A stretch of 64,000 bases of DNA from an uncultured Oscillospiraceae bacterium (GCA_910579775.1 CAJTUE010000003.1:79653-143652); one strand, 5' to 3'; counted from the stretch's first letter, positions 26,101 to 33,850 are shown. Notes: generated from the letters alone by a model not told the origin. Made by a program: numbers and translations.

Positions 26101-29100
26101 GGTTCTGGAACTTGCGGCCGTCCTCGTCCTTGCGGAAGGTGGACTGGTAATAGCCGTCCAGGAGGGAGGGGGTCTCGGTGAGCAGCTTATCCAGGGCGTC
26201 CTTGGCCGGGTGCTTATCTCCGGTCTCGTCCTTGGCCTTGTCCATGGCGACAAAGATATCACCCAGGTCAAAGATATCCACAGTGATGTCCTTGGCGCAG
26301 TCGTCCAGGCGGCACCAGGGGAAGCCGGCGCACTGGGCCTCGCTCATGAGGCTGCCGCCGCTGTAAATGCCGTCGCCGCCCCCGGCCTGCATGCACAGCA
26401 GGATGTGGCGCTGGAGTTGATGCCAGCCCAGCTTCACGTCCCCGGTCTTGGGGTCGATAGAGACCCCAGCGTTATACAGGCGTGTGACTAAATCTTGAAA
26501 GTAAGTGGCGGCGCGGGTATAGTTACCCCCGGTAAATTCATCCCCGTTCAGATTTGTCCGCAAATTCAAATCCTTAAGCGTAGCACGGCTCATGTGTTGC
26601 GTTAATTTGTTGCTCTCACCTCTTGCTCCCTTGGTCGCCTCCGCAAGAAGAGTGTTCAACGTAGCATCCAACACAAAGCCATCTGTTCCCTGACGGTCAG
26701 GATAGGCGACCCCGTCCGAATAGAGGAAGTTGTTTTTCAAGTCCAGTTCCTCACCGGCAGAGCGTTGCTTACCTGAAGAAATATTTTCTCCATAGGTATC
26801 TCTCAGCATATAATCCAACTTCCACAACACGCCGCCGGTGGTCATGTCGATGTTCAGAATATCGTCGTTGTTGGAAAGGGTCTTCAGGAAAAACACGTTC
26901 GTATCAGAGGACGGGTCCAAGTCCTGGTCTTCCGAATCAAACGCGTTTACGTCGTAGGTATAGCCTGTCTGTACAGCAGGGTCTCTAGTCCGGTTAACTC
27001 CCTGCCATGGTCCTTCCGCCTGCGATGCACGACGGTATTGATATTGAAAAGAGTAGACTGATGCCTCGGTAGAGGCCGCAATACTATATCTCTCTATGTG
27101 TAAACTTTCGTCCACCACGGTATAGTTATAGTCCTCCAGCAAGCTCTCTCCCGGCTCATAAACCGCCTTGACAATGAGCACGTCCTGGCCGGGCCGCAGC
27201 ATTTTTTCCATGGCGGAAAAGTCCGCAAAACGCAAATACCACGCCGCGTCCTGTTCGGTCACGGCGTAGGTATATGGCTCTGCGGTTCCGGGTATGGTTT
27301 GGGTGGCGGCTGCTGCCGGGTCCAGGTCTCCCAGCTCGCCCACCCCGAAGGTGGTCCACACGTCTTCGGTTTTGATGGAATCCTTATGTAAGATCCAGTT
27401 TTTCTTGGTGAGGTCCTGTGACTCGTCCTCCACGATGGCCCATCCATATACATATGGATAAAGGTAGCCGTCGTATTCCTCCTCCGGGTCAACGGGGGCC
27501 GGCCCGGTCTCCACCGGATCGACGGTGTAGTACCGGGTGGTGAGTCCCGTGCCGGGGTCGGTCACCTCCTTCTGGGTGGTGACGCGGCGGTAGAAGGCGT
27601 AGTCCAGCTTGTCCGTTAACGGGTAGTCCTCTCCCGGCTCGGCGCTGTCCGGGCCGAACTTCATGGCGTCGTCATTGTCGTGACCGACGGTATAGGCGTA
27701 GTCCCCCCGGTAGGTATGCTCCCGCGCCAGGGAGTTTACCCGGTTTTGGTAGTCGGCATATTCGGGCTTGGTCTGCAGGTCGGCCAGATCCTTGGCTCCG
27801 GCCACGATCTCCCCCGTGCGTAACCGGGGATGAATGAAGGTCTTCTCCACGTATTCGTTGACCAGAGGGCGCGCGTCACCCTCGGGGTCCACCACAAGGG
27901 CTCCGATGAGGGTGTCGTCCCAGTCATAGAAGAGGATCTGCGCGCCGCCCACGCCGCCGGTGGGCTTGCGGTAGGTCTCCGCGTTTACCAGGGTGAGCCG
28001 GAGGGTGTTTTCCCTCAGGGTGAGGAGGTTCTGGAAGAAGGAATAATTCCCGTTGGCGTTCACGCCGCCGGGGGCGTCGGGGTCGCCGGGGGTGGCCCAG
28101 GCGGCGTTGTAGTCGGCCACGATGGCGGAGCCCAGGGTGTTGGGCAGCCACAGCGTCGCCTCGTCGTCGTTGTCGGTGGCCTCGTCGTGGATCACAACGT
28201 TCCCCTGGCCGCTGACGTTATAGGAGGTGTTCTTGCCCGCGCCCAGGTAATAATAGAAGCGGGTGGGCGCGTCGGTCACGCCGTCGTTCTCCAGGTTCTG
28301 GGTGTAGAGCACGCTCTGGAACACCGAGCTGCCCGCCACCTGCTTGTCGGCGGCGGTGAGGCTGGCGGCGTCTGTCCAGGCGCCCAGATAGGTCAGGGGG
28401 GTCTTGCCCGAGTTCTGGGGAAGCTCCGCGTCGCCGGGGTCGTTGTCGTCCTTGTTCAGGCCCAGCCAGAAATTAGAGGTGTTCGGCTCGTAGTCCGGCT
28501 GGCCGGGTTCGCCCACGCCCACCTCCAGGTCCGTGAAGCGGTTCATATCATAGGCAAAGCGGACCACCACCACGGGGGTGGAGGTCTCGTAGACTACGTT
28601 GGCGGTGGTGGTGGTGTTGGCCGAGAGGGTGAGAAGGCCCGTGCGGTCGGTGGCCGCCGCGCCGAAGGTCCCCTCCTCGATAAAGGCGGTGGCGTTGTTC
28701 ACCTCGTCGGGCTTGGCGGTGTCCAGCCGGACCCGGACCTTCTTCCCCGAGGTGTTATTCAGCACAGGGTCCAGGTCGGTGAAGATCTTCGCCTGGTCCT
28801 CGCCGTCCTTGTCGATGCCCCGGGGGTAGTGGGTATCGCGGCCGGCGTCGTCGGTGTAGCTGCCCGAGGTGGAGCCGGTCCCGGCGGCGGACCAGCTGTC
28901 GTAAACGGGCTTGCCCGCGCCCCAGGTCACGGCGGTGAGGGCGTCGAGATTCACCGTTACAGCCGCCGCGGCGGACTGGAACGGGTAGTTGCGCACATCA
29001 TATTTGGCCTCCAGGGCCGCCCGGTCCTCGGGCTTGTTGCCGTCCGCCAGCACCTGGGCCAGCTCGGCGGCGTAGACCGCGTCGTCCACAAGGGAGCCGT

Positions 29101-29359
29101 CTGCTTTCAGGGTGACCGTGCGGGCCGTGCGCACGCACAGGGCCAACTCGTAGAAGCCGGTGGGCTTGCCCTTGTCCACCACCACGTTGCCCTGGATGGT
29201 GACCTGGGGCTTGGGGGCCGCGCTGTTGAGCAGGGCGCTGGCGCCCTCCGCCGGAGCTGCCAGGGCCGTACCGCTGAAAAGCGCGCAAGAAAGCGCCGCC
29301 GCCAGGAACAGCGCTCCCAGACGGCCGAGCCGGCCGGACCCTCTCTTTCTTGTCTCCAC
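23114..29359 (-). CDS. 2,081-aa secreted protein: beta-rich N-terminal half plus 7-8 helical YWW repeats, with no recognisable wall anchor
   Basis: GTG start at 29357-29359, 7 nt after GGGGG. Signal peptide ..LGALFLAAALSCALFSGTALAAP. The stop overlaps the giant ORF start (ATGA, 23114-23117). Repeat motifs are listed in the findings. Confidence 0.85.
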   Translation of the reverse strand: METRKRGSGRLGRLGALFLAAALSCALFSGTALAAPAEGASALLNSAAPKPQVTIQGNVVVDKGKPTGFYELALCVRTARTVTLKADGSLVDDAVYAAELAQVLADGNKPEDRAALEAKYDVRNYPFQSAAAAVTVNLDALTAVTWGAGKPVYDSWSAAGTGSTSGSYTDDAGRDTHYPRGIDKDGEDQAKIFTDLDPVLNNTSGKKVRVRLDTAKPDEVNNATAFIEEGTFGAAATDRTGLLTLSANTTTTANVVYETSTPVVVVRFAYDMNRFTDLEVGVGEPGQPDYEPNTSNFWLGLNKDDNDPGDAELPQNSGKTPLTYLGAWTDAASLTAADKQVAGSSVFQSVLYTQNLENDGVTDAPTRFYYYLGAGKNTSYNVSGQGNVVIHDEATDNDDEATLWLPNTLGSAIVADYNAAWATPGDPDAPGGVNANGNYSFFQNLLTLRENTLRLTLVNAETYRKPTGGVGGAQILFYDWDDTLIGALVVDPEGDARPLVNEYVEKTFIHPRLRTGEIVAGAKDLADLQTKPEYADYQNRVNSLAREHTYRGDYAYTVGHDNDDAMKFGPDSAEPGEDYPLTDKLDYAFYRRVTTQKEVTDPGTGLTTRYYTVDPVETGPAPVDPEEEYDGYLYPYVYGWAIVEDESQDLTKKNWILHKDSIKTEDVWTTFGVGELGDLDPAAAATQTIPGTAEPYTYAVTEQDAAWYLRFADFSAMEKMLRPGQDVLIVKAVYEPGESLLEDYNYTVVDESLHIERYSIAASTEASVYSFQYQYRRASQAEGPWQGVNRTRDPAVQTGYTYDVNAFDSEDQDLDPSSDTNVFFLKTLSNNDDILNIDMTTGGVLWKLDYMLRDTYGENISSGKQRSAGEELDLKNNFLYSDGVAYPDRQGTDGFVLDATLNTLLAEATKGARGESNKLTQHMSRATLKDLNLRTNLNGDEFTGGNYTRAATYFQDLVTRLYNAGVSIDPKTGDVKLGWHQLQRHILLCMQAGGGDGIYSGGSLMSEAQCAGFPWCRLDDCAKDITVDIFDLGDIFVAMDKAKDETGDKHPAKDALDKLLTETPSLLDGYYQSTFRKDEDGRKFQNRQEMLDALEKVYDILAAAGLDQDAMKQITAEQVQELLITGTWPTTGKTYWWQNGGKRPVTGWKDFIEGGMLVVSGDVPDALDAMTEENLPNALTELISYAPPTGNETPQNVGWFRKEESEEDDNAFTTLAEFKTAWLKALTTLSAHYDLSDPKTVMDVWETIPWEEIQYALIQPAGDYKTAEEILKEKNYWWKNGGQPRLTYERLMEAADAWRASNYTDSTKLDTLLAKGITPVNNEVYLRRTAAGSGFTSVEQFKTSLELALKVLGFVDNMNDFLSLDGSLRKLPSGEYALDIYQLQYLLINANKLVGQPIPPADKIADPADPDVVCNYWWIPEPHTPTEAQRIGDIMDLLTYAYWARDGVEVDGAMQPLAIDPLGKLDAATLERLKLRAEVHGMPFTDESYADLRARIMEVVRKTGGGLPYKDLDAVASQSAADLTKEVQHLLFPGSSYQTAASITENYWWQGSGFTADTHATLAQAAWLAAVGFDGKTATDAMDQILDLDFITRRPSVTDPGMAMRVNADGAAFTSIEAFKNALLSTLRAAAAADPTLTYDSLTGLTDYQLQYLLLNGVYKTDAEVKAEVIVDGVDAYWWFNADKKPEEEVKKEELFADPAEWDAFLDSAIGYFKKTAGNPAGFVYDLTDEKLKDVLRLRKGPNDSDVITAAEMFSGDKQDLLWQVMTALNTSNRKKEFITGAATNRRWVNKPTWEEFQYVLLHLNDVESGWIMPPTEECAAEKENYGWMWVTGGKVEYEAVRPDATEWGDFMTSAIGYFKKTAGNPAGFVYDLTDDKLKDTLLLRKGPNDSDVIAAAEMFSGDKQDLLWQVMTALNTSNRKKEFITGAATNRKWVTPPTWAEFQYVLLHLNDVESGWIMPTTEECEAWATQENAPWVWKEKATRASLLSLEEAPEDENVPLDDLPDATPVGRGDPVTVEAPGAATLEEPVGPDALIGPEEAPLQAAGTLEDIPDEPTDRKPSVTVTMAGPIIAFLTRRTMK
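23465..24258 (-). repeat. near-identical intragenic tandem duplication (period 438 nt = 146 aa)
   Basis: catgatccagcccgactc... starts at both 23483 and 23921. The encoded ~105-aa cores differ at about 9 positions (SAIGYFKKTAGNPAGFVYDLTD...HLNDVESGWIMP). Confidence 0.85.
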
Positions 29360-29491
29360 GGCGATACCCCCGTCTCGAAAGGTTTACTCTTCTCTCTTTT
29401 CCTCCGCGGCGTTCCCCATTTTGCGCAAAATTTCTGAATTTTTCAGCAATATCCGTCAAATAGGGCGCAAAGGTAGACATAATTATTTTTG

Positions 29492-29520
29492 ATTATACAA
29501 CAAGCCTTTCCAAATTGCAA
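29492..29520 (-). promoter_or_regulatory. candidate sigma-A promoter of the giant-protein operon
   Basis: The minus strand reads TTGCAA (29515-29520) - 17 nt - TATAAT (29492-29497). The leader to the GTG start is about 125 nt. Confidence 0.6.
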
Positions 29521-29623
29521 GTCTTTTGGTAAATTTCTGTGATAGTCATTTTCTTCCATCGCCGCGCCGCTTTTTTGTTCCTTTCTTAGACGCTATATAC
29601 GACCCGCCGGTTCCCACCCGCGC

Positions 29624-29652
29624 GTAGGGCGGGCTTCCCAGACGCGCCGCTC
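29624..29652. repeat. short GC-rich repeat, copy 1 (gtagggcgggcttcccagacgcgccgctc)
   Basis: Matches 39126-39155 with a single 1-nt indel. Confidence 0.7.
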
Positions 29653-29661
29653 ACTTTTTCA

Positions 29662-29690
29662 TTGACACGGCTTTATTATTGTGGTAAACT
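29662..29690 (+). promoter_or_regulatory. candidate rpsO promoter
   Basis: TTGACA (29662-29667) - 17 nt - TAAACT (29685-29690), with a TGn extended -10. Confidence 0.6.
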
Positions 29691-29696
29691 ATCTCA

Positions 29697-29793
29697 GTCT
29701 GCGAAGGCAGACACTACCCTTGGCTGTGGCCTGCGGCTTTCACCGGCCCTTGTCTCGGCTTTGGGCAAATTTTGTGAAAGGTGGAACACCACA
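29697..29793 (+). promoter_or_regulatory. rpsO 5' leader, possible S15 autoregulatory structure
   Basis: A ~100-nt leader with hairpin gtctgc-gaag-gcagac and further GC-rich pairing potential before RBS GAAAGGTGG. The function is inferred only from known S15 autoregulation. Confidence 0.3.
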
Positions 29794-30060
29794 ATGATCC
29801 GTAAGGACGAAAAGACGGCCGTGATCGAGGCCAACCGCACCCACGAGACCGACACCGGCTCTCCCGAGGTGCAGATCGCCATCCTCACCGCCCGCATTAC
29901 CCAGCTCACCGCCCACATGCAGGCCAACCCGCAGGACAAGCACTCTCAGCGCGGCCTTTTGCAGATGGTCGGTAAGCGCCGCAAGATGCTGGACTACCTC
30001 ATGCGCAAGGATATCGAGCGTTACCGCACTTGTATCGCCAAGCTGGGCATCCGTAAGTAA
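29794..30060 (+). CDS. rpsO: 30S ribosomal protein S15
   Basis: [69 protein letters not shown].., 88 aa. Internal ATG at 29794 with an RBS. Classic rpsO-pnp synteny. Confidence 0.95.
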   Translation: MIRKDEKTAVIEANRTHETDTGSPEVQIAILTARITQLTAHMQANPQDKHSQRGLLQMVGKRRKMLDYLMRKDIERYRTCIAKLGIRK

Positions 30061-30069
30061 GAATGTGAG

Positions 30070-30097
30070 ACATAGGGCGGCGTATGCCGCCCTATGT
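30070..30097 (+). terminator. rpsO-pnp intergenic hairpin (attenuator or processing site)
   Basis: acatagggcggc - gtat - gccgccctatgt, a 12-bp stem. Confidence 0.55.
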
Positions 30098-30229
30098 TCG
30101 CATATACGGCCCGGTAGTTTCCTCGTTTTTTTAGCAGTTGAAGATGGATTTGACATTGCTCGAGCCTATCTTCAAGTGCTAAAGGGCAGAGAAAACTCCG
30201 GGTCAAACGAAAGAAAAGGAGTTGTTATC

Positions 30230-32377
30230 ATGTCAACCGTTATCACCCACAAGCAGTTCCCCAACCGCAAGACCTGGTCCATGGACCTCTGCGGCCGCAA
30301 GCTGTCCATCGAGATGGGCCGGGTGGCCGAGCTGGCCAACGCCAGCGCCATTGTCACCTACGGTGAGACCACCGTTCTGGTGGCCGTCACCGCCGCGCCC
30401 CGTCCCCGGGACGGAGTGGACTTCTTCCCCCTGAGCGTGGACTTTGAAGAGAAGCTGTACGCCGTGGGCCGCATCCCCGGCTCCTTCATGCGCCGGGAGG
30501 GTCAGCCCTCTCTGCCCGCGGTGCTGGCCAGCCGGGTCATCGACCGCTCCATCCGCCCCCTGTTCCCCTACGACTACCGCAACGACGTGGTGGTGACCTG
30601 CACCGTCATGAGCGTAGACCGGGACTGCTCTCCCGAGATGACCGCCATGTTCGGCGTGTCCGCCTGTCTGGCCGTCAGTGACATCCCCTGGGCCGGCCCC
30701 ATCGGCTGCCTTGAGGTGGGCTATGTGGACGGTCAGATCGTCATGAATCCCACCCAGGCCCAGCGTCATGCCTCCCAGCTGGACCTCACCGTCGCCGCCA
30801 GCCAGGAGAAGGTCATCATGATCGAGGCGGGCGCCAAGGAGCTGCCCGACGACATTATGTACGACGCCATCTGCCAGGCCCACGAGGAGGCCAAGAAGCA
30901 GGTGGCGCTCATCAACCAGATGGTCAGCGAGATCGGCAAGGAGAAGATGACCTACGACCACGCCGCCTTTGACCAGGAGTTGTTCGACAAGATCGTGGCC
31001 GACTTTATGGACGAGGCCAAGGCCGCCATGGACACCGACGACAAGAACGTGCGGGAGAGCCGCTGGAACGCCATGATCGAGAAGTGGCACGAGAAGTATC
31101 TGGACGACCATCCCGACATGGACCAGTTCCTGGAGGAGATCACTTACAAGTTCCAGAAGAAGATCGTCAAGGCCTGGCTGCTGGAGGGCCACCGGGTGGA
31201 TGGCCGCGCCAAGAACGAGATCCGGCCTCTGGCCGCCGAGGTAGGCGTCCTGCCCCGGGTCCACGGCTCCGGCCTCTTCACCCGCGGCCAGACCCAGGTG
31301 CTGTCCATCTGCACCCTGAACACCCTGGCCGCCACCCAGAAGCTGGACACCATCTGGGAAGAGGAAGAGAAGCGGTATATGCACCACTACAACTTCCCCT
31401 CCTTCTCCGTGGGCGAAGCCCGGGCCAGCCGCTCCACCAACCGCCGGGAGAAGGGCCACGGCGCCCTGGCTGAGCGGGCGCTGGAGCCGGTCATCCCCAG
31501 CGTGGAGGACTTCCCCTACGCCATCCGCGTGGTCTCCGAGGTGGTCAGCTCCAACGGCTCCACCTCCCAGGGCTCTATCTGCGGCTCCACCCTGGCTCTG
31601 ATGGACGCGGGCGTGCCCATCTCCGCCCCCGTGGCAGGCATTTCCTGCGGCCTCATCCAGGACGACAACGGCGGCTTCACCACCTTTATCGACATCCAGG
31701 GCGTGGAGGATTTCCACGGTGAGATGGACTTTAAGGTGGCAGGCACCAAGAAGGGCATCACCGCCATCCAGATGGACATCAAGAACGACGGCCTCAGCCA
31801 CGCCATCATCAAGGAGGCGCTGGAGATCACCCGGGACGCCCGCTTCGCCATTCTGGATGAGATCATGCTCCCCTGCATTGCGGAGCCTCGCCCCGAGGTG
31901 AGCCGCTACGCCCCCAAGATGCTCACCATGAAGATCGACGTGGACAAGATCCGCGAGGTCATTGGCAAGGGCGGCAGCGTCATCCAGAAGATCACCGCCG
32001 AGTCCGGCGCTCAGGTAGACATCGATGAGGACGGCACCATTCACATCGCTTCCCCCGATGCGGAGAAGTGCGACGTGGCCAAGAAGATGATCGAGACCAT
32101 CGTCTTTGTCCCCGAGGTGGGCCAGCTCTACTACGGCAAGGTGGTCCGCATCCTTCAGTTCGGCGCGTTTGTGGAGCTTGCGCCCGGTAAGGACGGCATG
32201 GTCCACATCTCTAAGCTGGCAAACCACCGTGTGGAGAAGGTGGAGGACGTGGTGAACATCGGAGACATGATCTGGGTCAAGGTCACCGACATCGACGAGA
32301 AGGGCCGGGTGAACCTCTCCTATAAGGACGCCCTCAAGGAGCTGGAGAACCGCGGCGCGAAGGCCCCGGAAGTGTGA
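30230..32377 (+). CDS. pnp: polyribonucleotide nucleotidyltransferase (PNPase)
   Basis: ATG at 30230 after AAAGGAG, 715 aa. Two RNase PH-like domains followed by KH and S1 regions (..GKGGSVIQKI.., ..YYGKVVRILQFGAFVEL..). Confidence 0.95.
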   Translation: MSTVITHKQFPNRKTWSMDLCGRKLSIEMGRVAELANASAIVTYGETTVLVAVTAAPRPRDGVDFFPLSVDFEEKLYAVGRIPGSFMRREGQPSLPAVLASRVIDRSIRPLFPYDYRNDVVVTCTVMSVDRDCSPEMTAMFGVSACLAVSDIPWAGPIGCLEVGYVDGQIVMNPTQAQRHASQLDLTVAASQEKVIMIEAGAKELPDDIMYDAICQAHEEAKKQVALINQMVSEIGKEKMTYDHAAFDQELFDKIVADFMDEAKAAMDTDDKNVRESRWNAMIEKWHEKYLDDHPDMDQFLEEITYKFQKKIVKAWLLEGHRVDGRAKNEIRPLAAEVGVLPRVHGSGLFTRGQTQVLSICTLNTLAATQKLDTIWEEEEKRYMHHYNFPSFSVGEARASRSTNRREKGHGALAERALEPVIPSVEDFPYAIRVVSEVVSSNGSTSQGSICGSTLALMDAGVPISAPVAGISCGLIQDDNGGFTTFIDIQGVEDFHGEMDFKVAGTKKGITAIQMDIKNDGLSHAIIKEALEITRDARFAILDEIMLPCIAEPRPEVSRYAPKMLTMKIDVDKIREVIGKGGSVIQKITAESGAQVDIDEDGTIHIASPDAEKCDVAKKMIETIVFVPEVGQLYYGKVVRILQFGAFVELAPGKDGMVHISKLANHRVEKVEDVVNIGDMIWVKVTDIDEKGRVNLSYKDALKELENRGAKAPEV

Positions 32378-32662
32378 GCGTAGACACATAGCCGTGGATG
32401 GACCGGAGCGAGGGCCGAATTGGTAAGGCGGCAAAGCCGCCGCGATTTGGCCCGAGACGTAGGGAAGCCACGGCGTGATGTGTCCAACGCGAACATGACA
32501 AGGAAGTGTGAGCGTAGACACATAGCCGTGGATGGACCGGAGCGAGGGCCGAATTGGTAAGGCGGCAAAGCCGCCGCGATTTGGCCCGAGACGTAGGGAA
32601 GCCACGGCGTGATGTGTCCAACGCGAACATGACAAGGAAGTGTGAGCGTAGACACATAGCCT
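32372..32662 (+). repeat. 134-nt long-hairpin element, 2 tandem copies plus a 23-nt partial third, in the pnp 3' UTR
   Basis: gtgtgagcgtagacacatagcc starts at 32372, 32506 and 32640, giving an exact period of 134. The first copy contains the pnp stop codon. Confidence 0.9.
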
Positions 32663-32689
32663 CTCGCCCACCCCCTGCACACACAGATC

Positions 32690-32726
32690 AAAAGCCCCTC
32701 GACCAGTGGTCGAGGGGCTTTTTTCG
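32690..32726 (+). terminator. intrinsic terminator of the pnp transcript (downstream of the repeats)
   Basis: aaaagcccctcgacc - agt - ggtcgaggggctttt, followed by a T-run. Confidence 0.85.
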
Positions 32727-32824
32727 CCTGTTTCCTTGACTTTTCTTCCCCCAGCGGCTACCATAGAGACACCGCCCGCAAGGCTGAGGGCAAATCGATC
32801 CACACACCCAAGGAGGGGACTTCT

Positions 32825-33850
32825 ATGGAAGACAAGCGGCCCTTTGGCGAGTACATCCGCCGCAAGCGGCTGGAGGCAGGCTTGACCCAGAAGGAGCTGG
32901 CCGAGCGCCTGTTTGTCACCGAGTCCAGCGTCAGCAAGTGGGAGCGGGGACTTTCCTACCCCGACGTGCCTATCATTACATCTATTTGCGCTGAGCTGGG
33001 CATCTCCGAGCATGAGTTCTTCACCGCCTGCGACGACGACAAGGCCCACGCCCAGGAACGGGCCGCTGCCATTTGGCACGGTTTGACCAAGACCTTCCGT
33101 GTCATCTGTCTGGCGGGCTACGCCATCGCCTTGATTACCTGCTTTATCTGCGATCTGGCCATCTTCCACACCCTGGACTGGTTCTGGATCGTGCTCACCG
33201 CGCTGGCCTTGGCCTTCTGCTTCACCAACCTACCCGCCTACGTTCCAAAGGAGCGGACCGCTGTCTGCCTGGGGGCGGCCACCGTCTGTCTTATGCTGCT
33301 GCTTTTGTCCTGCTGGTTCTATGTGGGCGGCAAGTGGATCCTGGGCGGCATGGTCATCACCGCTGTCTCTCTCGCCTTGCCATGGAGCTGGTGGGTCGTG
33401 TGGCGGTTCTATGGCAAGCACGTGCTGCTCCTGTGCGTGGCGTTGACCACGGTGTGGGTGTTCCCCCTGCTGGCGGTCATCCGGGCCTTTGAGGGCGGGG
33501 ACTGGCTGCTGGGTGTGGCCTATCCCATGGCGCTGGTGGGCGGCGTGTTCCTGTGGGGGTATTATCTGGCCCTGAAGCTGCCCCGGGACCCGGTGATGAA
33601 GACCGGTCTGTGCGTTCTCCTCACCGCCCTGGCTACCCCGACGTTCAACACTCTGTGCGACGCGCTGTTAGGCGGCGGACAGAGCGGCGTTCCCTTTGCA
33701 CAGTATTTCTCCATCCCCGCCATGCTGGCGCGGTCGAAAGCGGGAGATCTGGACTGGGTGAACATCCTCACCACCCTGATCCTTGTGGCGGCGGGAGTCA
33801 TTGTCACCGCCGTGGGCGGGGTGCGGGAATACCGCGTCAAGAAGTCCTGA
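32825..33850 (+). CDS. membrane-anchored XRE-family HTH regulator (HTH_3 domain plus a polytopic membrane domain)
   Basis: N-terminus FGEYIRRKRLEAGLTQKELAERLFVTESSVSKWERG, followed by about 7 hydrophobic helices. RBS AAGGAGGGG. Confidence 0.8.
   Translation: MEDKRPFGEYIRRKRLEAGLTQKELAERLFVTESSVSKWERGLSYPDVPIITSICAELGISEHEFFTACDDDKAHAQERAAAIWHGLTKTFRVICLAGYAIALITCFICDLAIFHTLDWFWIVLTALALAFCFTNLPAYVPKERTAVCLGAATVCLMLLLLSCWFYVGGKWILGGMVITAVSLALPWSWWVVWRFYGKHVLLLCVALTTVWVFPLLAVIRAFEGGDWLLGVAYPMALVGGVFLWGYYLALKLPRDPVMKTGLCVLLTALATPTFNTLCDALLGGGQSGVPFAQYFSIPAMLARSKAGDLDWVNILTTLILVAAGVIVTAVGGVREYRVKKS

Noticed and set aside
32372-32662. Whether the tandem repeats could be a CRISPR array.
   Set aside because: The units are 134 nt long and directly abutting with no unique spacers. 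There are only about 2.2 copies, and no cas genes are present in the window.
32320-32691. ORFs of 123 and 116 aa on the minus strand across the pnp-proximal tandem repeats.
   Set aside because: They simply read through the 134-nt repeat units, so the peptide sequence itself is repeated. They have no RBS and overlap a region better explained as structured non-coding repeats.
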